Shown here: positions 54,498-63,503 of the stretch, in pieces
How positions within the stretch are numbered: position 1 is the stretch's first letter
Layout: each line of letters opens with the position of its first letter
Source of the DNA: Actinomycetota bacterium
GTDB lineage: Bacteria; Actinomycetota; CADDZG01; WHSQ01
NCBI GenBank assembly: GCA_046263155.1
Contig: JBHELF010000160.1
Coordinates: 2,814 to 66,813, forward strand
Direction: 5' to 3'
Length of the DNA stretch: 64,000 nt
Position numbers and translations under genes: made by a program
Notes under the pieces: model-generated
Database searches by the model: none
What the model was told of the DNA's origin: nothing
What the model saw: the letters and a program-made list of their open reading frames with translations, nothing else

Positions 54498-55409
54498 GTG
54501 ACGAGCCGACTGCGTCTCACGCTCAAGGGGGCCGGTCGCGAGCCCGTCGATCTGTGGCGCACCATCGTTTCGCACGGAGTCGCGTCCTTGCCGCCGATGC
54601 TTGTCGATGAGGAGCAGCGCCTGCTTGAGGTCACCCTTCGAGTGGGTCGGGCTGCCAGGACGATGCGGGTGCGGGAACAAGGCGGTGGCGCCTCGATTGA
54701 GGTGGTGGGTTCTGCGCCCTCCGACCGCATGCGCAGCGATATTCGGCGGGCCATCGCGCACATATTGCGGCTCGACGAGGACCTGTCGGACTTTTACGCC
54801 GCCGCCGCGCGCGATCCGGACCTCCGATGGGTCACAGGAGGCGCGGGCAGGATGGCTCGCTCCGCGACGGTCTTTGAAGAAGTAGTGAAGACAATCTGCA
54901 CGACAAATTGCACGTGGTCGGCAACCGAACGCATGGTCGGTGCGATCGTCGAGCACCTCGGGGTGCGCGCACCGGGCGCTGCTTCGTCGGGGCCTTACGG
55001 CAGGGCCTTCCCCGACCCCGTGACGATGGCCTCTGCGGGCGAACGCTTCTATAAGGAGGTGGCGCGCGCCGGGTATCGAGGGGCCTACTTAATTGCGCTC
55101 GCTGGCTCGGTGGCACGAGAGGAACTCGATTTGGAGGAGCTTGCGGAGCCGGATCTCGCAGAGGACGAGGTCAAAACGCGGCTTCTCGCGCTGCCGGGAG
55201 TTGGGCCCTACGCGGCGGCCCACATCATGATGATGCTCGGTCGTTACTCGTCTCTGATTCTTGACTCGTGGACGCGCCCGAAGTTCGCTCGGCTGAACGG
55301 CCGCAAGTCCGTCACCGATGCGGCCATCCTCAGGCGATTCAGGCCCTACGGACGCTATGCGGGCCTCGCCTTCTGGCTCTTTCTCACCCGCGACTGGGTC
55401 GAGGAATAG
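54498..55409 (+). CDS. DNA-3-methyladenine glycosylase II-like (AlkA, HhH-GPD) protein
   Basis: FPDPVTMASAG...LLALPGVGPYAAAHIMMML...D (HhH-GPD with catalytic Asp region). Confidence 0.75.
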   Translation: MTSRLRLTLKGAGREPVDLWRTIVSHGVASLPPMLVDEEQRLLEVTLRVGRAARTMRVREQGGGASIEVVGSAPSDRMRSDIRRAIAHILRLDEDLSDFYAAAARDPDLRWVTGGAGRMARSATVFEEVVKTICTTNCTWSATERMVGAIVEHLGVRAPGAASSGPYGRAFPDPVTMASAGERFYKEVARAGYRGAYLIALAGSVAREELDLEELAEPDLAEDEVKTRLLALPGVGPYAAAHIMMMLGRYSSLILDSWTRPKFARLNGRKSVTDAAILRRFRPYGRYAGLAFWLFLTRDWVEE

Positions 55410-55470
55410 CTATTCACGATCGCCCCCATCTGGCGGGGTAGAGGGCAGGCGGCCTGGGTACGTGAGTGGC

Positions 55471-56109
55471 ATGCCGGTGCAAGCGCCCGAGGAGACTGCT
55501 GCGGTCTTCATCCCCGACAAGCCGACGTTGTCGAACCTCCGGGAGGCGGCTGCGGGATGCACGGCCTGCGATCTCTACAAGCTCGGAACCCAAACTGTCT
55601 TCGGTGAGGGCCTCAAGCAGGCGGACGTGATGTTCGTCGGCGAGCAACCCGGAGATAAAGAGGACCTCGCCGGCAAGCCCTTCGTCGGACCTGCCGGCAA
55701 GTTGCTCGACAAGGCGCTGGACACCGTCGGGATCGATCGCAGGAATGTGTACGTAACTAATGTGGTGAAACATTTCAAATGGGAGCCGCGCGGCAAACGG
55801 CGGATTCACAAGAAACCGAACGCGTCGGAGGTCGCCGCTTGCCGGCCGTGGCTCGAAGCCGAACTCGGCCAGGTGCGACCGCGCGTCGTGGTCGCGCTCG
55901 GCGCGACCGCCGCTCAGGCGCTCCTGGGGTCGAAGTTCAAACTCACCCAGAACCGGGGTCGATTCGTGGAGTCGGACATCGCCGAGTTGGTGACGGCAAC
56001 GGTGCACCCGTCGTCAATTCTGCGAGCTCCAGACGAGACCGCGCGCAGCGAGGCGTTCGGCGGCCTTGTCGAAGATCTGCGCGTCGTCGCGCGCGCGATG
56101 GCGGCTTAG
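55471..56109 (+). CDS. udgX: family-4-like uracil-DNA glycosylase of the UdgX type (KRRIH motif)
   Basis: CTACDL, GEQPGDKED (motif A), FKWEPRGKRRIHKKP (KRRIH loop), HPSSILR (motif B). ATG 55471; GTG 55462 is also possible. Confidence 0.8.
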   Translation: MPVQAPEETAAVFIPDKPTLSNLREAAAGCTACDLYKLGTQTVFGEGLKQADVMFVGEQPGDKEDLAGKPFVGPAGKLLDKALDTVGIDRRNVYVTNVVKHFKWEPRGKRRIHKKPNASEVAACRPWLEAELGQVRPRVVVALGATAAQALLGSKFKLTQNRGRFVESDIAELVTATVHPSSILRAPDETARSEAFGGLVEDLRVVARAMAA

Positions 56110-56119
56110 GAAAGTAGTC

Positions 56120-57397
56120 ATGAGGGTGAGGCCGCTTAGCCGGGCGGTTGCCCTTTTCCTTCTTGCTGGAAGCCTCGCTGCCGTGGGCCCGGTTCGTGCC
56201 CAGGTCGGGTGTTCGTGGCCGTTTCTCTTAGACGACGAGCGTCTGAACTTCGCCTTTCCAGACGACTCCTCTACTTATTGGATGACGCGCTTCGTATCTC
56301 TGCCGCAGAGCCGCCTCGTGATCAAGGGTTTCTATCCGAGGGCGCGCTACTTCTCATTTCATGTTTACGACGAGGCCGGTCGGCCGATCGATGCCCTGGC
56401 GGACATTGAAATCCGACCCGATCGCGGCAGTGACAATCCATTTGTCGCACCCGGTGGTGGCGGCTCAAAAAATTCCTATACCGCGTTCGTTGTTTTCACC
56501 GGGAAGCCGGAGAAAAGAGAACACAACACGATCTACGCAGGAGCGATGGAAGGAGATCTTCCCAATCCGAGTGGGTTCCTGATCTATCGAGTTTATGTAA
56601 GTGATGACCCCGACGACCCGGCGGGAGAGGTTCCTCTTCCCAGCGTGACGTTTGAAGCCGGGGCCGGAACAACCCCACTCGAGTTCGGCCAGTGCGAGCC
56701 ACTCCCCCCGTCAGACGAAGGAAGCATCAACGAGTTGATTCGGGAAGCGGACTTCCCGGATGTGATCCCGCGCGTCTTTCCATTTCCGGGGACCAGCGAG
56801 GAGCCGCGCTTCCGCCGCTTCTACGGACCGGACCGCGAGATCCGTGAACGATTTCCTTCGAACCCGGTGATCGACGCGCTGCCGTACGTGAACAGCGGTT
56901 TTTACGCGAATCTCCACATCGCATATTTGTACGTGCGCATCTCGCGCGATTGGGGTGACGTGTTTGTCTTTCGGGCGAAGGCCCCGACTTTTCCCGACTC
57001 GCGCGCCGGCGACTCCGTCGTTGCACGCCGTGACGTGCGTTACTTCTCGATTTGCCAGAACGAGCTCGCGACTCAACGGGTGGTCGCGTGTCTACCGGAC
57101 CACAAGATGGTGATCGACGACGGTTATTTCACATTCGTCATCTCCGATCCCGGAGACCGCCCGGCCAATGCCGTCGCCGCTGAGGGCGTCAACTGGCTCC
57201 CCTGGGGCGGGGCCTATTACGACGGGGTGGTCATCTACCGACACATGCTCCCGGATCCCGGGTTCCGTGCCGCGATCCAGAACGTCCCCGAAGGCACGTC
57301 GCCCGAGAAGGTCCTCGGCGACTACTTTCCGCGCGCGGCCTACTGTGAGCGTCAGACCTTCGAGGAGGGCGGCGCGAGGGCCTGCGGGCTGGGCTGA
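56120..57397 (+). CDS. secreted protein, unknown function
   Basis: MRVRPLSRAVALFLLAGSLAAVGPVRA signal peptide. Confidence 0.65.
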   Translation: MRVRPLSRAVALFLLAGSLAAVGPVRAQVGCSWPFLLDDERLNFAFPDDSSTYWMTRFVSLPQSRLVIKGFYPRARYFSFHVYDEAGRPIDALADIEIRPDRGSDNPFVAPGGGGSKNSYTAFVVFTGKPEKREHNTIYAGAMEGDLPNPSGFLIYRVYVSDDPDDPAGEVPLPSVTFEAGAGTTPLEFGQCEPLPPSDEGSINELIREADFPDVIPRVFPFPGTSEEPRFRRFYGPDREIRERFPSNPVIDALPYVNSGFYANLHIAYLYVRISRDWGDVFVFRAKAPTFPDSRAGDSVVARRDVRYFSICQNELATQRVVACLPDHKMVIDDGYFTFVISDPGDRPANAVAAEGVNWLPWGGAYYDGVVIYRHMLPDPGFRAAIQNVPEGTSPEKVLGDYFPRAAYCERQTFEEGGARACGLG

Positions 57398-57572
57398 GCA
57401 AGCTCTGCCTAGTCCCGCGGTAACCCTTCGGAGGGGGCCGTTACAAGAAAAAGGGTTCATTTCTTCCCGCCCAAGGCGACCGATTTGAGCTCGCGAAGGC
57501 TCTGACCTGCCCTTTTTCCGGCTGAATGCACCCATTTGGGTCTTTTTTTACACCCTCAGGGCCAAAAATTCG

Positions 57573-57601
57573 TTGCCACAGGAACCTCAACTGTTTACAT
57601 T
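57573..57601 (+). promoter_or_regulatory. candidate sigma-70-type promoter TTGCCA-N17-TACATT
   Basis: -35 at 57573-57578 and -10 at 57596-57601, in an AT-richer 356-bp gap upstream of the LPVTG protein gene. Confidence 0.3.
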
Positions 57602-57753
57602 TTGAGCCGATAACAGAACGGAACGTAGCGGTCAATCGGGGCATCTAGGCCATGCCGCCCGCCCAAAGCGGTGCGAAAACCCACTAGACGCAACCGGACC
57701 TCTCGTTGCGTCGTTATATGGAAGCGGTGAGTAACCGAGAGAAGGAGAGCTCT

Positions 57754-59043
57754 ATGCGGAAAGTATTTGTAGTACTGATGTTGGCGGCGCTCCTCGCCGC
57801 TTTGGTTCTTCCCGTTCCTGCCCACGGAGCGTTGTCGTCCACGTTCGCCCTCGCGGGCGAGGCGCGCGCCCTCGAGGTAGCGATCGGGCAGACGGGTGTG
57901 TCGCTCGGCGCAGCGATGGCAAGGGCGGATTCGACCCCTAGCGCCTCTGGTGTTGCGGCGGGTCTGTGTGAGCTACTGGGCACGCAGGCGAACCCCGACA
58001 GTCTGCCTTGCAACGAGCAGACGAAGATCGCGACGGCCTACCCCGGCCCAAGCGAGCTGCTTCAGGCGTGTGCCGGACCGGCGCTGCCGGCTCCGCTCAG
58101 CACGCTGATCAAGCTCGAGCTGGCGTGCGGTTCCTCGCAGTCGGGTCTGACGAACGGCCTTCCCTTCACGACCAACGAGGGCAAAGTCGCGGATCTGGCA
58201 GTGAAGCTCGACCTCACGGGTCTCGTGCCGGCCGTCGAGGACGTAAAAGAGACTGTCATCGACCAGCTGCAGGACATCCTCGACATCGTTCCGGTCGAGC
58301 CTGTGAAGAACGCGGTCAACAACCTGCTCGAGGTCCTCGACGAGGGCCAGGCCGGCCGCATTCAGCTCGGCCCCGCCACGTCGAACGTCACGAGCCCGGA
58401 CGCGAACACGCTGCAGGTCGAGTCGACCGCCGCAGGCGCTCGCATCGGTCTGCTCGGTATCCCCGACCTCAACGGACAGGGTCTGCCGATTCCCGGCACC
58501 GCGGACTCGCTCCAGGACGGAATCATCATCATCGACATCGCCTCTTCAAAGGCGAGCGCATCGATCAACACGGCCACCGCGGTGGCCGACGCGGCAGCCT
58601 CTCCTTCGCTTATCAAGGTGAGGGTGCGGGACATCACGAGCCTGACCCCCAGCTACGTCGAGCTCGACGTTGCGCCGGGGCAGAGCGTGACCATCCTGCA
58701 GGGCACGCCGCTCGAGTCGACCATCTCTGCTGCATCGTCGACGACTGACATTCAGGAGCACTCCGCGAGCTCGGCTGCCGACGCTGTCGGTCTGCACTTG
58801 CTCAAGGGTGTCAACGGCGGAATCAAGCTGTCGCTTGCCCGCACAACCGCCGCCGCGAACGTGGCAGCTCTTCGTCAGCCGGCTCCTCCGGCCCCTCAGG
58901 GTCCGGTGGCCGCGCCTCCGAAGCTGAAGCCACCGCTTCCGGTGACCGGTGGTACCGATTACACGCTTCCCGCCATCATGCTCCTGGCCTCGGCCGGTGC
59001 CCTCTACGTCCTGCGGCGTCGTTTCGCCTCGGTGGGTCGTTAG
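57754..59043 (+). CDS. cell-wall-anchored surface protein with LPVTG sorting signal
   Basis: GAAGGAGAG then ATG 57754. Signal peptide. C-terminus ...KPPLPVTGGTDYTLPAIMLLASAGALYVLRRRF. Confidence 0.85.
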   Translation: MRKVFVVLMLAALLAALVLPVPAHGALSSTFALAGEARALEVAIGQTGVSLGAAMARADSTPSASGVAAGLCELLGTQANPDSLPCNEQTKIATAYPGPSELLQACAGPALPAPLSTLIKLELACGSSQSGLTNGLPFTTNEGKVADLAVKLDLTGLVPAVEDVKETVIDQLQDILDIVPVEPVKNAVNNLLEVLDEGQAGRIQLGPATSNVTSPDANTLQVESTAAGARIGLLGIPDLNGQGLPIPGTADSLQDGIIIIDIASSKASASINTATAVADAAASPSLIKVRVRDITSLTPSYVELDVAPGQSVTILQGTPLESTISAASSTTDIQEHSASSAADAVGLHLLKGVNGGIKLSLARTTAAANVAALRQPAPPAPQGPVAAPPKLKPPLPVTGGTDYTLPAIMLLASAGALYVLRRRFASVGR

Positions 59044-59098
59044 GTCACAGGTAGAGACAGGGAGCGAGCGGAACACATAAGGAAATAGGTAGCCGTAA

Positions 59099-59752
59099 AT
59101 GAAGTTGAAGCGACCTTCACTCAAGGTGAAGCGACCTTCGCCAGTCGCCATCCGACGGGGCCTCACGGCCCTGTCGGTGGTCATGGCCCTGACCGGAGTG
59201 GGTTTCATCGGATACCCCTTCGCGACGGACCTGTGGGCTGCACGGATCCAGAGTCGTCTGGTCCAGCAGCTGGCCGGCGGGGCGGCCGCCTACCGTCTTC
59301 AGACGATCGAGATCGGCGACGCGCTGACGAAACTCGAGATCCCCAGGCTCGGCGTGGACACGATCGTCGTGGAGGGTGCAACGCAAGCGGCCCTCTATGC
59401 AGGTGCCGGTCACTATCCTGAGACGCCGTTGCCCGGCGAGGTCGGAAATGTGGCCATCGCCGGGCACCGGACAACCTTCGGAAAGCCGTTTGCCCGTATG
59501 GACGAGCTCGTGCCCGGTGACAAGGTGGTCCTTACAACCCCACTGGCACGGCATGTTTACGAGATCGATACACGGCCCTGGGTAGTCGATGCTTTCGACT
59601 GGAGCCCGGTCGAGAACTACCCGCTGGGTGGCTCGTTCCTAACGCTCACGTCGTGTCACCCCGAAGGGAGCGCCACCCAGCGCATCGTGGTGCGGGCCCA
59701 TCTCGTGGAGTCGAGCGATGTGGCTCTCGCCAGCATGATCGACAACTCTTAG
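59099..59752 (+). CDS. class E sortase
   Basis: N-terminal TM, IAGHRTTFGKPF and LTLTSCHP (TLxTC) motifs. Confidence 0.85.
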   Translation: MKLKRPSLKVKRPSPVAIRRGLTALSVVMALTGVGFIGYPFATDLWAARIQSRLVQQLAGGAAAYRLQTIEIGDALTKLEIPRLGVDTIVVEGATQAALYAGAGHYPETPLPGEVGNVAIAGHRTTFGKPFARMDELVPGDKVVLTTPLARHVYEIDTRPWVVDAFDWSPVENYPLGGSFLTLTSCHPEGSATQRIVVRAHLVESSDVALASMIDNS

Positions 59753-59762
59753 GAAGAAGGAA

Positions 59763-60974
59763 ATGAGACGCATCCTCACCAGCTTGTTTGCGCTTTTGAT
59801 AGTTGGTCTCGTAACGCCGACGGCGAGCGCGCAGGACGCGGTCAGCGTGACGATTGGAGGCGTCAGCGACGGACAGACCCTTCGAGGGTCGCACGGTGTT
59901 TCGGCAAGTGCGTCCGCGGGCACCGGCGTCGACAGCCTCGTGCTCATCATTGGCGGCTACACGGCTGCCAGCACCGAGCCCAGCGGCGTTCAGAACGACG
60001 CGTCGGTCTCGTACCCGTGGAACACTCGTCAGTTCCCGTCTGGTGGTTGGACGCGTAACGGCGGATACACCATCACTGCACGGGTGCGCAGCAACGGGGG
60101 CAACGTAAAGGAAGTCAGCATCAACGTGAACGTCGACAATGACGCCACGGCACCCACAGGCCTAAATGCTTCCGCGAACAACCAAGGTGTCGTCCGTCTT
60201 AGCTGGAACCGCAACCCCGAGCCCGACGTCAGCGCTTACAAAGTAGAGCGGGACGGCGCCGCGATCGGCGAGACTCAGGACACGAGCTTCACCGATCAAG
60301 CAAATCCGGGAACCTATTCGTACCGAGTGATAGCGCTACGAGGCGGTTACGCGACTCCTTCCGGCTCGGTGTCCGTGACGGTTGACGCACCGCCACCTCC
60401 GCCCGAGCCCGAGCCCGGCGAGAGTCCCTCTGAAGAGCCGAATCCCTCCGACGAGCCCTACTACCAGGACCACCCGCAGTCGGCCGGTGGTGGTGGCGAG
60501 CAGCAGGATCCCGACGGCTACGGATCTTTTCCTTCGGGCGGCGACGACGGCCCCTGCTACGACTGTGACACCGGCTGCTTCAGCTGCGGCTATGGCGACG
60601 GCGGCTCGAACTCAGATGCCGGCTCGCGGTTGTTCGGAGACGTCGACGATTTCACGACCAAGGGATTGCCGGGCGCCATCTTCGCCCCAGGTTTCGGCAC
60701 CGCCGGCCTTCCCGCGTTGCCTGGAGTGCCTCGGCCCCCTTCGGTCTATCCGTTGGAGTGGGGAACCTACGAGGAGAACCTTCCCTACGATCTGTCGGCG
60801 GGACGGGACATCATGGTCCCCGGCGACCGCACCGGACTTATCAGCCGCACGATTCGCACGATCATTCCGCCCGACGGTTTGCGTTGGGTCGCCGTCGGAA
60901 TCCTGATGATCGTGTCGGCCGGCATGATGAGGACGATCGGCTCCCGCGTCGCTCCTCGCACCAAGATCTCCTAG
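59763..60974 (+). CDS. exported Ig-like/fibronectin-III domain protein with a Pro-rich linker and C-terminal TM
   Basis: Signal peptide ending in ASA. APTGLNASANNQGVVRLSWNRNPEPDVSAYKVERDG (FN3). PPPPPEPEPGESPSEEP. TM WVAVGILMIVSAGMM. Confidence 0.8.
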   Translation: MRRILTSLFALLIVGLVTPTASAQDAVSVTIGGVSDGQTLRGSHGVSASASAGTGVDSLVLIIGGYTAASTEPSGVQNDASVSYPWNTRQFPSGGWTRNGGYTITARVRSNGGNVKEVSINVNVDNDATAPTGLNASANNQGVVRLSWNRNPEPDVSAYKVERDGAAIGETQDTSFTDQANPGTYSYRVIALRGGYATPSGSVSVTVDAPPPPPEPEPGESPSEEPNPSDEPYYQDHPQSAGGGGEQQDPDGYGSFPSGGDDGPCYDCDTGCFSCGYGDGGSNSDAGSRLFGDVDDFTTKGLPGAIFAPGFGTAGLPALPGVPRPPSVYPLEWGTYEENLPYDLSAGRDIMVPGDRTGLISRTIRTIIPPDGLRWVAVGILMIVSAGMMRTIGSRVAPRTKIS

Positions 60975-61040
60975 ATCCGGACCCACAAGCACGGCGCTTT
61001 GCCGTCGCTTCGCGTCCGTCTCCCGGTAGCGTGGAACGTG

Positions 61041-62384
61041 ATGCCTTTGACCACGCGTTTCCTCAGGGCATCTTGCGCCCTGGCTGTGGCAGCGATTGTC
61101 TTGCTGGGGTCCGCGCCGATGGCCCCTGCCGACGCGTCGCTCCCGCTCAACTTCATCTTGATCGTCACCGACGATCAGAGTCTCGGCTCAGAGCAATCCA
61201 TGACCTATCTGGATGGTCGCTCGGATTGGGTGAGATTCGAGAACGCGTTCGTTCACTTCGCGAAGTGCTGTCCGTCGCGCGCGACGATTCTTACGGGGCT
61301 GTATTCGCATAACAACGGTATCGAGACCAACCGGGGTGGAGCTGATTTCGGTGAGGAGCAGACCCACCTCGGAATTTGGTTGCGGGACGCCGGGTACCGC
61401 ACCGCTCTCATCGGGAAGTACTTAAACGACTACCCGTTCGAATTGGGAGCCTCCCACGTGCCATCCGGGTGGGATCAGTGGTATGCGCTCGCGGACTCTC
61501 GCCGCTATTACAACTACGAGCTATTCGAAAACGGGACGGCGGTGTCCTACGGCTCCAGATCCTCCGACTACATAACCGACGTCTTGGCGCGCAAGGCGAT
61601 CGCCTTCATTCGCAGCTCGGACGAGCAGCCCTTCTTCCTCTACTTTGCGCCCAATGCTCCTCACGACCCTCACATTCCTGCCGATCGGCATCTCGACGAT
61701 CTACGAACTTCCTCCTTCGCTCAGCCCCCGAACTTCAACGAGGAAGATCTCTCCGACAAACCCGCATGGATCCAGGCACTCGAGTTCCGCTCGAAGCGAG
61801 CAATGGCCGAGACTCGCAGGAGAGAACGCGAGCAACTACTCGCCGTGGACGATGCCGTTCGCGGCCTGTTCGAGAGTCTTGAGTCCGAAGGCCTGCTCGA
61901 GCGAACAGTCGTCATCTACACGAGCGACAACGGGTTCGCCTATGGCGAGCATCGCTGGCTCGGCAAGAAGTGCGGCTACGAAGAGTGCCTGGCGGTGCCT
62001 TTCTACGTACGAGCGCCCGGCGTGCCCGGCGGTCTCAGGACCCAGCTCGTCTCCAATACCGACTTTGCTCCGACGATCCTGGAACTGGCGGGACTGGCCC
62101 TTCGGGAAACCGATGGAATGAGCCTTGTGCCCGCACTGGCGGGCCCTCCGGAGCGCTGGCGCGACGCGATTCTGATCCGCAGTATGGGACGGGCCAACGG
62201 CTTGCGGCTCGATTTTTGGGGGTTGAGAACGGATCGCTACAAATACATGGAGCTGGTTACAGGTGAGAAGGAGCTCTACGACCTGCAGACGGATCCTTAC
62301 GAGCTCGTGAACCTCGTTACGGATTCTCGGTACGACGAGATCGAGGCTGAGCTCGCGGCGCGCCTTGCTGAGATGGCTCCTTAG
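61041..62384 (+). CDS. formylglycine-dependent sulfatase
   Basis: NFILIVTDDQS and CCPSRATILTGLY (C-x-P-S-R) motifs, with a signal peptide from ATG 61041. Confidence 0.9.
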   Translation: MPLTTRFLRASCALAVAAIVLLGSAPMAPADASLPLNFILIVTDDQSLGSEQSMTYLDGRSDWVRFENAFVHFAKCCPSRATILTGLYSHNNGIETNRGGADFGEEQTHLGIWLRDAGYRTALIGKYLNDYPFELGASHVPSGWDQWYALADSRRYYNYELFENGTAVSYGSRSSDYITDVLARKAIAFIRSSDEQPFFLYFAPNAPHDPHIPADRHLDDLRTSSFAQPPNFNEEDLSDKPAWIQALEFRSKRAMAETRRREREQLLAVDDAVRGLFESLESEGLLERTVVIYTSDNGFAYGEHRWLGKKCGYEECLAVPFYVRAPGVPGGLRTQLVSNTDFAPTILELAGLALRETDGMSLVPALAGPPERWRDAILIRSMGRANGLRLDFWGLRTDRYKYMELVTGEKELYDLQTDPYELVNLVTDSRYDEIEAELAARLAEMAP

Positions 62385-63412
62385 ACGTCCACGTCCCGAC
62401 GCACGCAGACGGGCCTGCCTTGGCCCTCTACCTGCGTGCAGACGCGCGCCCGCACCTTTACACCGCAGTCGCCCAGACAAAGCCGTCGCTGCGCCTTCTG
62501 GCCTGACTTGACGCCGTCTCCGTCGATGCGCACCCGGATGCCAAATGCCTTGATCTCGCCCGCCCCCTCGACGTAGGACCCACCGATCGAGAACCGGTAG
62601 GGCTGTAGCGCGTCGCGTGTCCGCGATTTCACATTGGCTGCGGGTGCGGCAGAGGCGTCCGCCGAGTCATCGACCGCGATTTGCTTAGCGGCAGCGGAAC
62701 TGAGCGCGATCGCATCGCCGGCCGGAGGATCGAAGACGGGAGCGTTCGGACGATCGACCATGATCCCCGAGATCAGCAGCGACATCGGAAGCGCGAGCAC
62801 CGCGAGACCCACCGCACCTACCGTGGGAGCCGTGCCTTCGTCGCCGCTCAACCGGACAAACATCCCATCAACGAATGCACGTGCATCGGCTACGCGCTGT
62901 CGAATTCGCGTGCCGGCGAGCGCGATGCCGCACTCGGTTCGGCTTAGGAGCGCTGTCAGTTCCCGCCGAGCGCGGAGACGAAGCATCTTTATTGCGTTGG
63001 CACCGCGGCCCGCGATCTCGGCGCCGTCACCTAGTTCCCGTAAGAGAACGGAGCGGTGGACCGAACTAAGTTCGGCGAGCGCACGCCGGACGCGGTCAAG
63101 CTCGAGTCGCGCGAGGCCGGCCTCCTCGACGTCGTAATCCGTAGCCATCTCGGGGACGGGGCCCAGGATCTCGCGCCGGCCGTTCCTGCGCGCCTCGTCG
63201 CGCAGGAGATTGAGCGCGATCGTTACTGCGAGACGCCAGGTCGGACGGGCGGGATCGACACGCTCCCACATACCGAATAGACGCAAGCCCGTTTCCTGGA
63301 CGATGTCTTCGCGTTTGCACAGGGGAACGTTCTTGTTGTTCAGGAAGGCGTGTAGCCGCCGTTCGAGCTCCGGCCAGCTGCGTTCAAATGCACGCTTTGA
63401 CTCCGGGCTCAT
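62381..63412 (-). CDS. ECF-type sigma-70 factor fused to a TM helix and a Cys-containing extracytoplasmic C-terminal domain
   Basis: Sigma-2 (REDIVQETGLRLF) and sigma-4 (HRSVLLRELG...) regions in the first approx. 150 aa. TM VGAVGLAVLALPMSLLISGIMV, followed by 130 aa with 4 Cys. Confidence 0.75.
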   Translation of the reverse strand: MSPESKRAFERSWPELERRLHAFLNNKNVPLCKREDIVQETGLRLFGMWERVDPARPTWRLAVTIALNLLRDEARRNGRREILGPVPEMATDYDVEEAGLARLELDRVRRALAELSSVHRSVLLRELGDGAEIAGRGANAIKMLRLRARRELTALLSRTECGIALAGTRIRQRVADARAFVDGMFVRLSGDEGTAPTVGAVGLAVLALPMSLLISGIMVDRPNAPVFDPPAGDAIALSSAAAKQIAVDDSADASAAPAANVKSRTRDALQPYRFSIGGSYVEGAGEIKAFGIRVRIDGDGVKSGQKAQRRLCLGDCGVKVRARVCTQVEGQGRPVCVRRDVDV

Positions 63413-63503
63413 CGTTCTCCCCCCTGGGTCGATGACATCGTCATCGTACCCGTGTACTTAGGACAACGTTGGACGGGCGGGGGGGTTGTGACATTCCTGG
63501 TGC

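Noticed and set aside
57688-57713. Hairpin GACGCAAC-N10-GTTGCGTC in the leader of the LPVTG gene, as a riboswitch or attenuator.
   Set aside because: No U-tract, no recognisable riboswitch consensus (for example c-di-GMP-I), and a single 8-bp stem is not distinctive. It is kept only as part of the leader observation.
59106-59139. 13-bp direct repeat TGAAGCGACCTTC (59106-59118 and 59127-59139) at the 5' end of the sortase gene.
   Set aside because: It is an in-frame 21-bp duplication encoding LKRPS/VKRPS in the cytoplasmic tail, probably slippage with no evident function.
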